Of a stretch of DNA of 64,000 bases, positions 36,734 to 49,096 are shown in pieces. The notes under the pieces were generated by a model that saw nothing but the letters and a program-made list of their open reading frames with translations, did no database searches and was not told where the DNA came from. This DNA is from Anthoceros angustus (taxonomy: Eukaryota > Plantae > Anthocerotophyta): assembly GCA_010909165.1 (NCBI GenBank), contig MU008155.1, positions 496,001 to 560,000 on the forward strand, read 5' to 3'. The translations under genes were made by a program, and so were the position numbers. Every line of letters starts with the position of its first letter. Positions within the stretch are counted from its first letter, which is position 1.

Positions 36734-39529
36734 CATAGGCGCGACAATAAAAAGAAAACTTAAACGACTTATATCGTTTGGCATGACAAATTCAAATTGA
36801 ACTCAAATTGTTTGCGCTATCTTCCAATCCCGCTACTTTTCCTACTCCTTTCCACTTACAACTTGCTTATGTACGTCTCCTTGTTTGGCATCACGGTCCT
36901 GATGCACCCGGATCAATTGCTCATCAGACAACCCATCTACCCGTGCCAGCAGATCGCTCGAGTTAGGGTGTTGCCAAAGGATCAGGCCCTCCTATCCGAT
37001 CTTGGTCCCTGGTCTGTTAAAACGGAAACGCATTTGCAAAGGAAGCTGGTGTTGGCCTCAGCCTTGGCTGCTGACGGCCCCGATGCCGAGCATTTTGGAG
37101 GTCATCAGCTAACAAGCCCGAGCCTGCATTGCTGATTTTTTGGGGGAGGTTGTGAGTCCAGGAGCAATGCGCGCGTAGAGCAGGGCACAGCCTGAAGGCG
37201 GGAGTGACCATGGAGACGGGGCAGATGGTGGAGGATGATGAGGATTTCCTGTCCGAGTACGAGACCTGCGTGGGTCGTCTTTGCTTCACCCAGCCCTACT
37301 CTCGATACGTGCCTCCGCGGTACTACCGCAGGTTTCCGGGGCGGGTCTGTGCTATTCTTCTTGGTCTTTCATCAAAGAGCTGGTTGTGGTGGTTTGGGTG
37401 GGAGCTGGGGATTTAGCAATGCTGCCGTTGCCGTTGTTGGCCTGATTGGAGTCGGTCGTTTGCAGGAATATCGGTATAAGGTGGGTGCCAAGCTGACGAC
37501 TGGGCAAGGATTGCGGCTGAAGTTTCAGCGGGCCATGCGGCGCTGCCCAATTGCCTAGGACTAGGTTGGTCGTCAGCATGTCGGGTGGTAGCGTGAGCTC
37601 GGTCCCCGTCTCCTCTGCACCACTGAGACCATTATCGGGTGATTGAAGCGTTGTGTCGGGGAATGTTTCAATCGCGGCGACCGTTGCCTCTTAGGCGCGC
37701 GAAGTGCGTTCGCGCTTCCCAGAGGTTCCTACCCGCCCGATGCGCCACCTTGGGAAGTAGGCCTTGTGGCTACTTACGGCCGCAGAGGACCGCGCCCGGC
37801 AGTGTCACAGCACACCCGCGGGCCCTGCTGCGTTCACGTCTAGCGCAAGTCTGCGGAGGCCGTCGAAGAAGCACAGGCACGAAGGTGGGCGTCCTTCCGA
37901 TGGGGGTTACATTGGAAAACATTGTCATCTTCATCGTCGTCGTGTACCCCAATCCTCCAAGATATCGTCACACGCAATGCGACTCATTCAACTGCGGCGC
38001 TCGGGCCTTTCGTCGGTGGCCATGCCTACGGTCAGATTGCGGATCGCGGTGAAATTCGAGATGTCCGCTGTGAACGGCTCCGTTAGGAGTGATGTCTGAG
38101 ACATCGGCGCGAGAAAGAAAGCCGGTGATCTCGGATGTCACATATCAATTGCAATAACCCTCGGGCTGATGCGATCGCGTTCCCGCCTCAACACTCCTCC
38201 CATGAGAGAGGTCAGGGCCATTACTATGTGCAATCGCGCCCCAAAACTTATCATCCGCTCTTTGCGGAGACATAATTGGATGCACATATCTTTGCATGGG
38301 AACATGTGCCCGTTATTAAAGCGGTGACGGGAGGCGGCAGCGCCGCGCTTGCCCTCTCCAAGCAAGCGGCTGGCGGGATGTCGCCATTAAGTGCGATAAG
38401 GCGTGAAGGCGGCATGCGATTGAAGATAAACGCTATGAACCGCGTGGGGCGCCCCTCCGCGCATGCGGGCGCGCGGTAAGGAAGGGTTGATGGGCACGCA
38501 CGGGCCGAGACATTACGCAATGGGCGGAGGCTCCATATCGCGCTCCGTGGTTCGCAAAAGGTTCCGGATGTCTTGTACATTTTGCACGCAATGCAAAGAA
38601 AGAAGGCCGCCCATGGAAGTGACCAGCCGCACGATGTGGCGGTCAAGGCACTGCCATTTCGTCAACTCCGTGCGAAATGCCATTTGTCAATACATTGCAT
38701 ACACTGGCGCATGCATTTATACCGATTTAGTCCACGGCCTTGACTTCCAAATGCCGGCTTCCAATTTTGTAACTCATTATCACCAGCGGACATGGCAAAT
38801 TTGTCGTATTTTCATGTTCGCTGGCCTTCGACACATAGGAGGCGGGTGAAGCGGTGGCCGGTATTTACATACCACCATCCTTGGGTTTTGGTGTACCATG
38901 AAAATGGACTTTGTATGCGATGCGGACAATGAAAACAAAGCCACCACTCAAAACTAGCTCGAAATGAACTAACAACTCACGGAGAAAGAAGAACAAGTGT
39001 TTTCATGCGAGTATAGAGGAAGCATAGCGAGAGAAAGAAGGATGGGAAGAACATTCAATTCTTTGCGATTACAGTGGAAGGAGAAAGTTTGGATGCGAGC
39101 AAGAAAAATATGGGCCATGCGTCGCATCCTGGACATGTAGCGGAGAACAAGTTACTCCGCTTGGCGAAGGAGTTTCACGTGCTAGAACACAATGTTAGAG
39201 GAGGGAACTATTGGAAAACACATTGTGCAGCATAATGATGGGATTTCACCTATCACATATATAGACATGTAGTTTGATTATGCCTATATGTCTATTTATG
39301 TCTCCATTCTGCCGATATAGACATGTATGACATATAAGTTAATATCCTTGGCATATGGCGAAGAAACATTGATGGGATGATGCGAGAAAACCATGGAGAA
39401 GGAAGAGGAGGGGAGAAAACAACCTCCTGTGACATGTTTGTTTCTCCCGTACTCCATATATAGCCATATGTTTCATATACATTATTACATGTATATTGCA
39501 TATATATGTACATATATTTTTTTCTTGAC

Positions 39530-40650
39530 TTATTCAAATAGCTCCTTGGCCTTTGGTGGAAGGGACATTGCATGCATTGGTTTTGGAAGGAGGTGAAGAA
39601 TGAATGTCTATATATGCGAGAGGAAGTAAAATTCAACATGGTGGTCCACAAGTTTGGGTCCATTTTTCTCTCCTCATCCTTGGCACATTTCAAATTGTTC
39701 CATGCACCATGGGCAAAGTTCCTTGGCCCATGGCGAAGGAACTTTTCCGTGCATGTACAAGATTGCCTCCTTTTATTCCCCACTCCGTCGTTCCCACAAT
39801 TTTTTTCCATGAATTATTCAAAGCTCCTTGGCCTTTGGTGGAAGGGACATTGCATGCCATGGTTTTGGAAGTGAGGTGAAGAATGAATGTCTATATGCAG
39901 GAGGAGAGTAAAATTCAACATGGGGTCCACAAGTTTGGGTCCATTATTTCCTCCTCTCTGTAGGCACATTGCAAATTGTTCCATGCACCATGGACAAAGT
40001 TCCTTGGCCCATGGCGAAGGAACTTTTCGAGTGCATGGAGAAGATTGCCTCCTTTTATTCCCATCTCCGTCGTTCCGCTATGACAATTTTTTCACATGAA
40101 TTATTCAAAACCTCCTTGGCCTTTGGTACAAGGGACCTTTGCCATGGTTTTGGAAGTGAGGTGAAGAATGAATGTCTATATATGCTGGAGGAAGTAAAAT
40201 TCCACATGGTGGTCCACAAGTTTGGGTCCATTATTTCCTCCTCTACGTAGGCACATTGCAAATTGTTCCATGCACCATGGACAAAGTTCCTTGGCCCATG
40301 GCGAAGGAACTTTCCAGTGCATGGAAAAGCTTCTCCTTTTATTCCCTCACGTTCTAATGACAATTTTTTTGCCATGGTTTTTGAAAGAGGTGAAGAATGA
40401 ATGTCTATATGCGGATGATCGTGAAATTCCAGTATGCTGGTGGTCATGTTGGGTTCTGTTGTTCCCTCCGTCATTGGCACATGGCACGTTGTTCCATGCG
40501 GCTTGGACAAATGTTATTATATGGCGAAGGAACCTTGGCGGATGCATGAACAACTTGCTACCCCCTTCTCTTTCACATATGACTTTTTTCCATGAACCAT
40601 TGAAAAAGCTCCGGCCTTTGGTAGAAGTGACACCTGCATGCCTTAGGCTT
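39530..40650 (+). repeat. Second copy of the 300-bp repeat array
   Basis: Part of the 8.4-kb duplication. Confidence 0.85.
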
Positions 40651-42284
40651 TCAAAGCGAGGGGATGCGCATGCATTAGTCTTTGAAAGAGAGGGGGTGGC
40701 GTATAAAGCACGTAGAATAGCAGATTGTATGCGGAACGGTAACCTAGCGCCCAAAGTCGTTGGCCGCGTACATGGCGATTTGTTGTCATGGTTATGCGAG
40801 AACCAGCGACAAGCGGCATGGAGCGTCGGCGGGACACCGTCCGTCGGCGGTTCCACTCGATAGAGGCGGTGAAGCGTTGGGATGCCGATCCGATCTTTGA
40901 GATGGGAAGAACGGACGACATACCAAGGGCAAGGCGGGGAGGAAGCGGCCGGAAGAATGGCGGAAGGCGGAGACATCGGCGACCGACGGCAGTGCATAAA
41001 CGGGTGGTTGCCGCGGTGCGCGGTGTTGAGCGAATGGTGTGGAGGTGATTATCGTGCGATGGACACCTCGATTTCTCCTCTACAGGGTGTAATGCGGAAC
41101 ATGTGGATGACGCGAACTCTGCCGGAAGTGTGAAGGATGGAGAGGGAAGGAGGCGAGTGCAGTGCGCGTGCTCTGGCTGGCCGGCGACAATGGGCAAGCG
41201 CTTTTCAGCAGTGCGCACATCCTTGGAATGGGCGGAGGAGTTTGCCTTGGTGGCTAGTGGAAAGCGAGGAGGTGGTGCGGAAGGTCAAGGGAGGACTTAC
41301 AGTGCAACAGATCACAACACCAGTAGCCAGCGAAGGACGGTTGTAAATGCGTGGCAGTGCCGTCAGGAGGTGAAGCTCCGGTGGGACAAAGGGAAAGGAA
41401 TCGGGGAGGAGACGCGCCCAAGCGGGGATGGCCGTTAAGGGAAGGCGGAGGAGGAGGCGGGGAGTGGCATGGATGATGGGGAGGAGGACGCCTATGGTGT
41501 CGAGGTGCGGCGAGGAAGGTCTAGCAGACCATTTTGTTTGCTGTTGCTATTTTTGCTTGCTATGCGATCACAGTTATGAGCTTGCCATGTGTGCATGGTA
41601 ATAGTAATATCTTGGCGGTGGCACGCGGTTTTGTTTAATGTGGAAGACAGGTGACCCGGTCGGCGTCATTATATGCAATTGGTAGGAAACCCCGTAAAAT
41701 GATTCGAATAGTGATGTGTTAGGCGGTCCAAGATACGCTCTGCGAGTGTCATGTGAAGAGGAAAGGGGTTGGCGGTTAAGGACACGAACACAAGGAGGGC
41801 CAAAAGGGTTGACAAATCGCTAGTGCACCTAAATGTCATGGTTGCCATGCGGGTTAGTCGAGCGGGGTGGCGACAATTGAGTTCATGACAGTGGCGAGCC
41901 GCGGCACGAAGCTAGATGCCAATTGCGGTCTTGGCATGCGAGAAAATTGCGTCCCGTCAAGGCGGCCCGATCAGCCGCCCCATGCGAATATGGCAACCGG
42001 AGGCGGCCGCCACGGAGGGCGCCATCCCGCAAGGCCGGCGCAATTGGAAACAACGAACTGCAAAAGGCGCGGTGGCGGGCGGGGGCGGGGTAAAGGCGAG
42101 GTCGGCAAGGAGGGGAGTGATGGAGAAGGAGACAAGCGAGCGTGGCGGGAAGCGGCGGAGCGGAGGCCCGGGACGGCGGCATGGTGCCGTCTTGTCGGCA
42201 GCAATAACCACTCTTCCTTGGCGGCGGCGGGCGAAGGCGGCGGCGCGGGAGAAGGGGAAGCGAGGGGAGAGCGTCCCTCCCCTT

Positions 42285-43440
42285 AGCCCATGGCGGCGGA
42301 GAGAGCGGCGAGCAGGGCCACAGGCGGGGAGGGCATCGTGCCTCCCATGGAGAAGGAGGCGGGCGGGGGGCGAGGCGCTCCCGGCGATGGGCGGCGGCAG
42401 GCGTGAGGCCCAGGCGGCGGGCGGGGGCGGGGAGGCACCGCCTCCCCATGTCCATGGAGGCGGGGAGGCGGGGGGCGAGTCGCCCCTCGGAGGGGGCAGC
42501 TGTGGCCTCCCCAGCGATGGAGGCTGCAGTGCAGGCGGCGCGGCGCGGGGGCAGCTGCCCTCCCATGGAGAAGGAGTCGGGGCAGGGCGCCTCCCGGCGA
42601 TGGAGGCGGCAGGGAGCCAGCGGCGCGCGGGGGAGGCGATGCCTCCCCCAGGCCATGGAGAGAGGCGGGGAGGCGAGTCGCCCCGCCCTCGAAGAAAGGG
42701 GCAGCTGGCCTCCCGGCGATGGAGGCTGCGGCGCAGCGGGGTGCCCAGGCGCAGCGGGCGGGGGCACGCCTCCCATGGAGAAGGAGTCGGGCGGGCAGGC
42801 GGGCGCCTCCCGAGCGATGGGCGGCGGCAGAGTGCGGGGAGACCCTCCCATGGATGGGCGGGGGCGGGGAGGCAAAGGCGCCTCCGCCCTCCAAGGAACG
42901 GGGGCCACTGGCCTCCCATGGAGGCGGCGAGGCGGGGGCGGCAGGCGGAGCGGGCGGGGGAGACATGCCCTCCCATGGAGAAGGGGGGCGGGGGCAGAGG
43001 CGCCTCCCACAGATGGGCGGCGGGCAGGTGGGCCCAGGCGGCGGCGCAGCGGGGAGGCACATGCCCTCCCCATGTCCATGGCGGCGGGCGGGGAGGCGAG
43101 TCGCCCCGCCCTCGGAAAGGGGCAGCCTGGCCTCCCGGCGATGGGCTGCTGCCGCAGGGGTGCCGGCAGCCAGGCGCGGGGAGGGCGCCTCCCATGGAGA
43201 AGGAGTCGGGCGGCAGAGGCGCCTCCCCGATGGAGGCGGCAGTGCATGGGGCCCAGCGGCGCGCGGGGAGGCGACGCCTCCCATGGCCATGGAGGCGGGC
43301 GTGGAGGCGGAGCCGCCTCCGCCCTCGAAAGGGGCAGCTGGCCTCCCCCGGCGATAGGCGGCGGTGGCGCGGGGAACCCGGCGTGAGGCGCAGCGGGGAG
43401 GCGGCTGCCCTCCCATGGTGATGGACGTGGAGGTGGGGCT
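42285..43440 (+). repeat. Second copy of the GC-rich higher-order repeat
   Basis: Part of the 8.4-kb duplication. Confidence 0.8.
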
Positions 43441-45064
43441 GGGCGGAGGGAGCCCGTGGGAGGCGTGGGGAGGCGGTTGCCCTCCGCGATGGCGGGCGAT
43501 CGCCCCGGCAGTGGCGAGAGGGAGAGGGAGCATTGCGCATTGGAGGAGGAAGGCAACCCGCCTTTGGGGACGGCAGGCGGAGGCGATTGCCGCCGAGGCC
43601 GAGGAGGAGGATGGAGGCTGCCTCACGGCGGCCCGGCCGAGGCCGAGCTCGGGCATGGCGGTGGCGATGCCATGTCACCGCCATGCCCGACCGAGGTCGG
43701 CCATGGTGGCGGGAGGGCGATAGCCGCCGAGACCGAGGCCGAGGGCTGGCGATGGCGGGATCGGCGGGGATGCGGAAGGCGGAGGCGGCCGCGTCGGGGC
43801 AGACGGCGAGCGCGGATCAGCGATCTCGGCAGTGGGGAGGCGCCGGTCCGGTTGAGAAGGCGTATGGGAGGAATAACCAGTTCCATCGGTGGCCATCTCG
43901 GCGTGGAGGCGGTAAGCGAGGCTCGGGCGCCCGGGCGGAGGAGGCGGGAGGCTGCTGCGCGAGCTCCGCAGCGGTGGAGGACATCCGGCGTGCACAGAGG
44001 AGGAGGAGGAGGAGGAGGAGGAGGGGTGGGAGCAACTCCGGTGGCGGTGGCGAGCGGAGGCCATGTCGGAAGAAGATGGAGGCGGTGCGGCTCAACCCCA
44101 ACTCGGGCGAGCACAAGAGGAGGCGCGACTACGAGGAGTCGGACACGGTGTCCAGTGGCAGCGCCCGGCCGGTGCCTCAGCCCAATGCGGGCCGCTGCTG
44201 GGCGGGGGCCAACCCGGGAGGAGGCGATGAGCAGCGGAATGCTCGGCCGTCGAGGCCATGGAGGGCACAATTAAGGTTCCTCCCAGATGATCAAGCGCAT
44301 GGAGGACGAGAGTAGGCGTCGTCATCCCTTGTCTTTGAGAGATGCATCGGTTTTGGTTTTTGCATAGGGGCGAGCATGCGCCGTAGGAAGGCCGATGGGA
44401 GATAGGGTTTGATGCTAGCTGTGCAATTTTGCGATGTGTGCGGTGGACATCCTTTTTGATCAATGGCACCTTTGAAATTTGGCTCTTTGCACGCATAAAC
44501 ATTCTTGGCGAGGTTGTTGGGTGAGCAGGCGGTGGTGGTGGTCGCCATCCCCTCTTCTGTTCGAGCCGCATCGTGCTTCTTCTTGTTTGAAAGAGGATCG
44601 TGGCTCTCATTGTTTCCAGCGCGGGTTCCTTAAGGAATACGGTCCCAAAGTCCATAGGCTGCGAGGAAGCGGCCGTGGGCTGTGCATGGTTCGCAAACCA
44701 TGGCGTGCCATGGCCGCGGCCGTCATTACTGCGATACCCATGCGGCGGTAGTAGGGTTGTGAATCAAAGCGGCGCGGCGGCCGCGTTAGGGTTTGGTGGC
44801 CATTGGATTCCTCGAAGAAAACTTAATGGCACAAGGTAGTGCGGAAACATTCAAACATAGTGTCCGTCTCTTTGTTTTCAAAGGTGAAAGCACTGAAAAT
44901 TTTCAAGGACACCCGTTTGAGGACATTGTGTGTGTCCCTTTGGTGCTTGGCCGCTCTTGGTTAGGGCGCCAAAGCGCCATGTGGCCATGTGCTGTGAAAA
45001 AGAAAACCGTACTGGAATGTAGGGTATATTCCTCAAGATCCCCACGCCTTGCATGGGTTTCGCG

Positions 45065-45104
45065 AAAAAATGTCCCATCCCCTCTGTCCCTTTGGTATGC
45101 CATA
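45065..45104 (-). repeat. Right terminal inverted repeat, copy 2 (inside the 8.4-kb duplication)
   Basis: Same sequence as 36689-36733, followed by CATAGG (45105-45110). Confidence 0.85.
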
Positions 45105-45149
45105 CATAGGCGCGACAATAAAAAGAAAACTTAAACGACTTATATCGTT

Positions 45150-48100
45150 TGGCATGACAAATTCAAATTGAACTCAAATTGTTTGCGCTATCTTCCAATC
45201 CCGCTACTTTTCCTACTCCTTTCCACTTACAACTTGCTTATGTACGTCTCCTTGTTTGGCATCACGGTCCTGATGCACCCGGATCAATTGCTCATCAGAC
45301 AACCCATCTACCCGTGCCAGCAGATCGCTCGAGTTAGGGTGTTGCCAAGGATCAGGCCCTCCTATCCGATCTTGGTCCCTGGTCTGTTAAAACGGAAACG
45401 CATTTGCAAAGGAAGCTGGTGTTGGCCTCAGCCTTGGCTGCTGACGGCCCCGATGCCGAGCATTTTGGAGGTCATCAGCTAACAAGCCCGAGCCTGCATT
45501 GCTGATTTTTTGGGGGAGGTTGTGAGTCCAGGAGCAATGCGCGCGTAGAGCAGGGCACAGCCTGAAGGCGGGAGTGACCATGGAGACGGGGCAGATGGTG
45601 GAGGATGATGAGGATTTCCTGTCCGAGTACGAGACCTGCGTGGGTCGTCTTTGCTTCACCCAGCCCTACTCTCGATACGTGCCTCCGCGGTACTACCGCA
45701 GGTTTCCGGGGCGGGTCTGTGCTATTCTTCTTGGTCTTTCATCAAAGAGCTGGTTGTGGTGGTTTGGGTGGGAGCTGGGGATTTAGCAATGCTGCCGTTG
45801 CCGTTGTTGGCCTGATTGGAGTCGGTCGTTTGCAGGAATATCGGTATAAGGTGGGTGCCAAGCTGACGACTGGGCAAGGATTGCGGCTGAAGTTTCAGCG
45901 GGCCATGGCGCTGCCCAATTGCCTAGGACTAGGTTGGTCGTCAGCATGTCGGGTGGTAGCGTGAGCTCGGTCCCCGTCTCCTCTGCACCACTGACGGTGG
46001 ACCGATGCAGGTGATAATGGGAGGTGGCGGTGGCAATGGGTGCCCATGGGGTTGAACGTGGGCTTGACGGTGGATGCTGCACAGAATAGGCCCTCGGCCG
46101 CGGAGCATGATGACTGCAAGCCAGGAGACAATGGCGGCAGTCTGCAGGCATTGCCGTATGCACGGCTTAGAGTTCTTACACCTGTGTTTGGGAAGCTGGG
46201 TGAGTCATTTGCTGCTCCAGGTTCTGTTGCTGCTGCTGCATGACATTGAGCTTGGTCTTGGCTGCATTCTTCTTGGACTGTTTGATGATGTTCATAGTAG
46301 AGGTGTTTCACTTTCGCAGTCCTGGGTGGGCGTCAAGAGAGGTGGGAGGAAATTGGTAGCATGTGAGAATGTGGAGATAGGCTACAGGGTGGGGCTGGGG
46401 AGTTATACTTGCACACCTCTCAGACTAGCTGGGTGTTGGCAGGTGTAAGGAGCAGTGCATGTACTGGGTTCATCTGAAGGGAGCGTGGTCGGCTGTGCAG
46501 CCCTGCAGCCGATGCTGGATGTCCTACCTGTGCCATCGCTGACCGTGAAGAAAGCGTTCCGAGTTGGAAATTTAAAGCTGGTGGTCGGAGCCACTGTCAA
46601 GGTGGTGATGATGCTTCACTCTTCCCTCACTGCAGTGCGTCAGCCTTGATGTTTGGACAAGTTGCTGACCCTGTCCTTGGGCCATGCAGGCAGGGTCATG
46701 CAAGGTCGGTTCCGCTGGGCCACGATGGAGTTTGCAGCTGAATTGGCATCCTTCAGACTCTGTATGTCGTATGTTGCTCACCGTGGAAAGTTTGAAGTCC
46801 TGTTTGCTGGGGGATGTGTTGCTTTCTCACAACATTCTTCCTGGCTGTTTTAGGTGAAGGTTACGACGCAACCTGTTAATGATATTATCATGATGCGATA
46901 TTCAAGAGGCTTCAATGTGACACCAGACTGTAAAGCTGTAAGCTAACGTGAAGTGGCCCTTTTCACTGTTCAAAGTTTGGTCTGTATCCAAGGATTGATG
47001 ACAAGGTCCCCGTGAATTTCAGGTAGCTGCAGCCCTTGTGGAAGTTCCTTCTCAAGTAGTGCTTGATGGGATTTCGAGGCATATCAGTAGCATCCCTGTG
47101 AAAGTTAAAGTGGATTATATGAAGGTTTCACATACCATCGGCTCTCGGGTATTACAGGCCCCCTGCACGCCCATTCCAATCTTCTTAAAGTACAGCACCA
47201 TCGGTGAATGCCCTCTCATTTGTTGCTGCATCGTGGGCATTTTTGGCAGGCCAAAAGAGATGAGCCTTATGCAGTCACCAAGTACCTTAAAGCATCTAAG
47301 GACATCGGGCGGCGTGACATCATCAGTGTGCTTCCAGGGCATTGGATTGATCCCGGGTTTGAGCCTGGCGCCCCTGGAGAACGGGATTTCAATCTGGAGG
47401 TATCCTCCACGTCATGGCTCATTGTGAACTCCGGTCTCCCACAAACTGTACTCCGTTTCAGATGCATTGACTTGGATTCTTGTGCACAGGTTGCAAATGT
47501 AGTGGAGAAGCAGCTGCGTGGCAACGGCTGGGAGGTTTTACGGCCTGACCGAGATGCGCCCTACCTGGCCTGGGAGGAGTACCTGAACTGGGTTTCCTGT
47601 CAGGTGTCTTCAGTAAACTTGAACCTGACTGACCCGTCGCTCAGTGAGGCTCTTACGTCTCCTTGCTGACAAGGGTAGGTTTCACTAACCTCTACCCTTG
47701 TTGATGAACATTGCAGACACTGAAAGGTCATCCTGTGCTGGAGATCCACGGCCAGGTTTGTCCAACTGCACTAAGAGAGGCTACCACTGGCAAAATATCT
47801 CACATGATCTCAAACTGATGCACCGTTCTGTCTCCACCCTGCAGGGAACTCTTGCAGATTGCAGGGGCCACGTACTGGGTGTGATCGGGGATGCCAACGC
47901 ACCCCTCAACAAGGTATCTGCAAATCATCCCCTCCCCTGCCTCCGTTTCCCGGTCCTGCATTCTGAAAGCATAGAAATGCCTGTGTTTTCATCAACAGGA
48001 GCTGGCCAGAGACTTCGGGTTCTTCCAAATGGACTGGAGGGACCTTGCTGTTCCTCGACGAGGTGGTGTTATTGTTGAGAGTTTCAACTCAGATGAGGTT

Positions 48101-48500
48101 AGCCATCGCGTGTCATCTCCTCTGTGTGGAACAACCTGTCTGCAGATGTGCCGGCATTATCATCTCTTACAGTCTTTCTCCACTCTCCAAGTAGGTACTC
48201 CAAATGGCTCCATGGCATCGAACGTGGGCAGTGCGGCGACTTGCTAACCGCATTGTGCAATGCGTGGAGAAAGCTAGCTCTCCTAATCGGGCTGCCAGGG
48301 GCATCTTGGTGGACTCGGACTTTGAAAAGGATTTGCTTCCCTCAGGCGATTATGACTAAGCCCATTATGATACCATCGAGCTTAACTTACCTTCCCCTTG
48401 TGCCGGAGATGGGCTTCTCAGTCTCACGCACCTGATCACTGGGGAGGGGTCGACGCGCTCTTGTCAACCCGGTGTGCCTTTGCAGCCCAGACTCCATGAC
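45150..48500 (-). pseudogene. Degenerate coding-like region of unknown identity
   Basis: Protein-like frames continue through in-frame stops (e.g. ANAFPF*QTRD...SDLLARVDGLSDEQLIRVHQDRD; RQGRG*FADTLLRG); possible first exon MESGLQRH...TRG|GTAAG from ~48497. No family recognised. Confidence 0.25.
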
Positions 48501-48877
48501 TATTAAAGACACCAACGATGCAGATTTGTGTTCTAAAAGTCCAAACATCAATTCGAGAGTTCACACATATATGTTCGTTATAATCTTCTACATAGTGGAC
48601 TTTTCATCGTGCATACAAGATACAAAAGGCGGTTGGAGAATCACTTTGGAGTAGTTTGTGACCAAAGATGGTGAAAGCTCAATAGCACATTCTATTGTAC
48701 AACAATGTTAAGATTTCTCTCTGTGCACTTGTGACTATTGTCTGGCAATCACATGAGAATCTACCGGGTATTCTACAAAATTTTATGAAGGTTGATATGT
48801 ACTAACAATCGGCATCTCACCTGTAACCTCAGTGTCTTTTGGAACCTGTGGTTGGTAAGCATGCTTGACTTCTCAAA

Positions 48878-49096
48878 CTACTCTTCCTCGGACAGCACTA
48901 TAAAGACATCACAAACTGACCACTTTAAAGGGGTAGCCTTGTTTGGAGGATTGATGACAGCTCTTTCTGCCAAGGCCTGGCGGTACCCGATCACAATCTC
49001 ATGCCGTTGTCGAGCGCGAATCATGACCTCAAAAAAGCTCAACTCCTCCTGGTCATAGAGGTACATTTCTGCAGCACGTATATACATCTCATTCCC
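48878..49096 (-). CDS. DMI1: Exon 12
   Basis: GNEMYIR...DVFIVLSEEE*. Confidence 0.95.
   Translation of the reverse strand, partial: GNEMYIRAAEMYLYDQEELSFFEVMIRARQRHEIVIGYRQALAERAVINPPNKATPLKWSVCDVFIVLSEEE

Larger units (their letters stand above)
29145..45990 (+). repeat. 8.4-kb direct tandem duplication (29145-37622 / 37623-45990)
   Basis: Collinear along its length; junction CTGA at 29145, 37623 and 45991; includes the right TIR and ~890 bp of flank. Confidence 0.9.
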
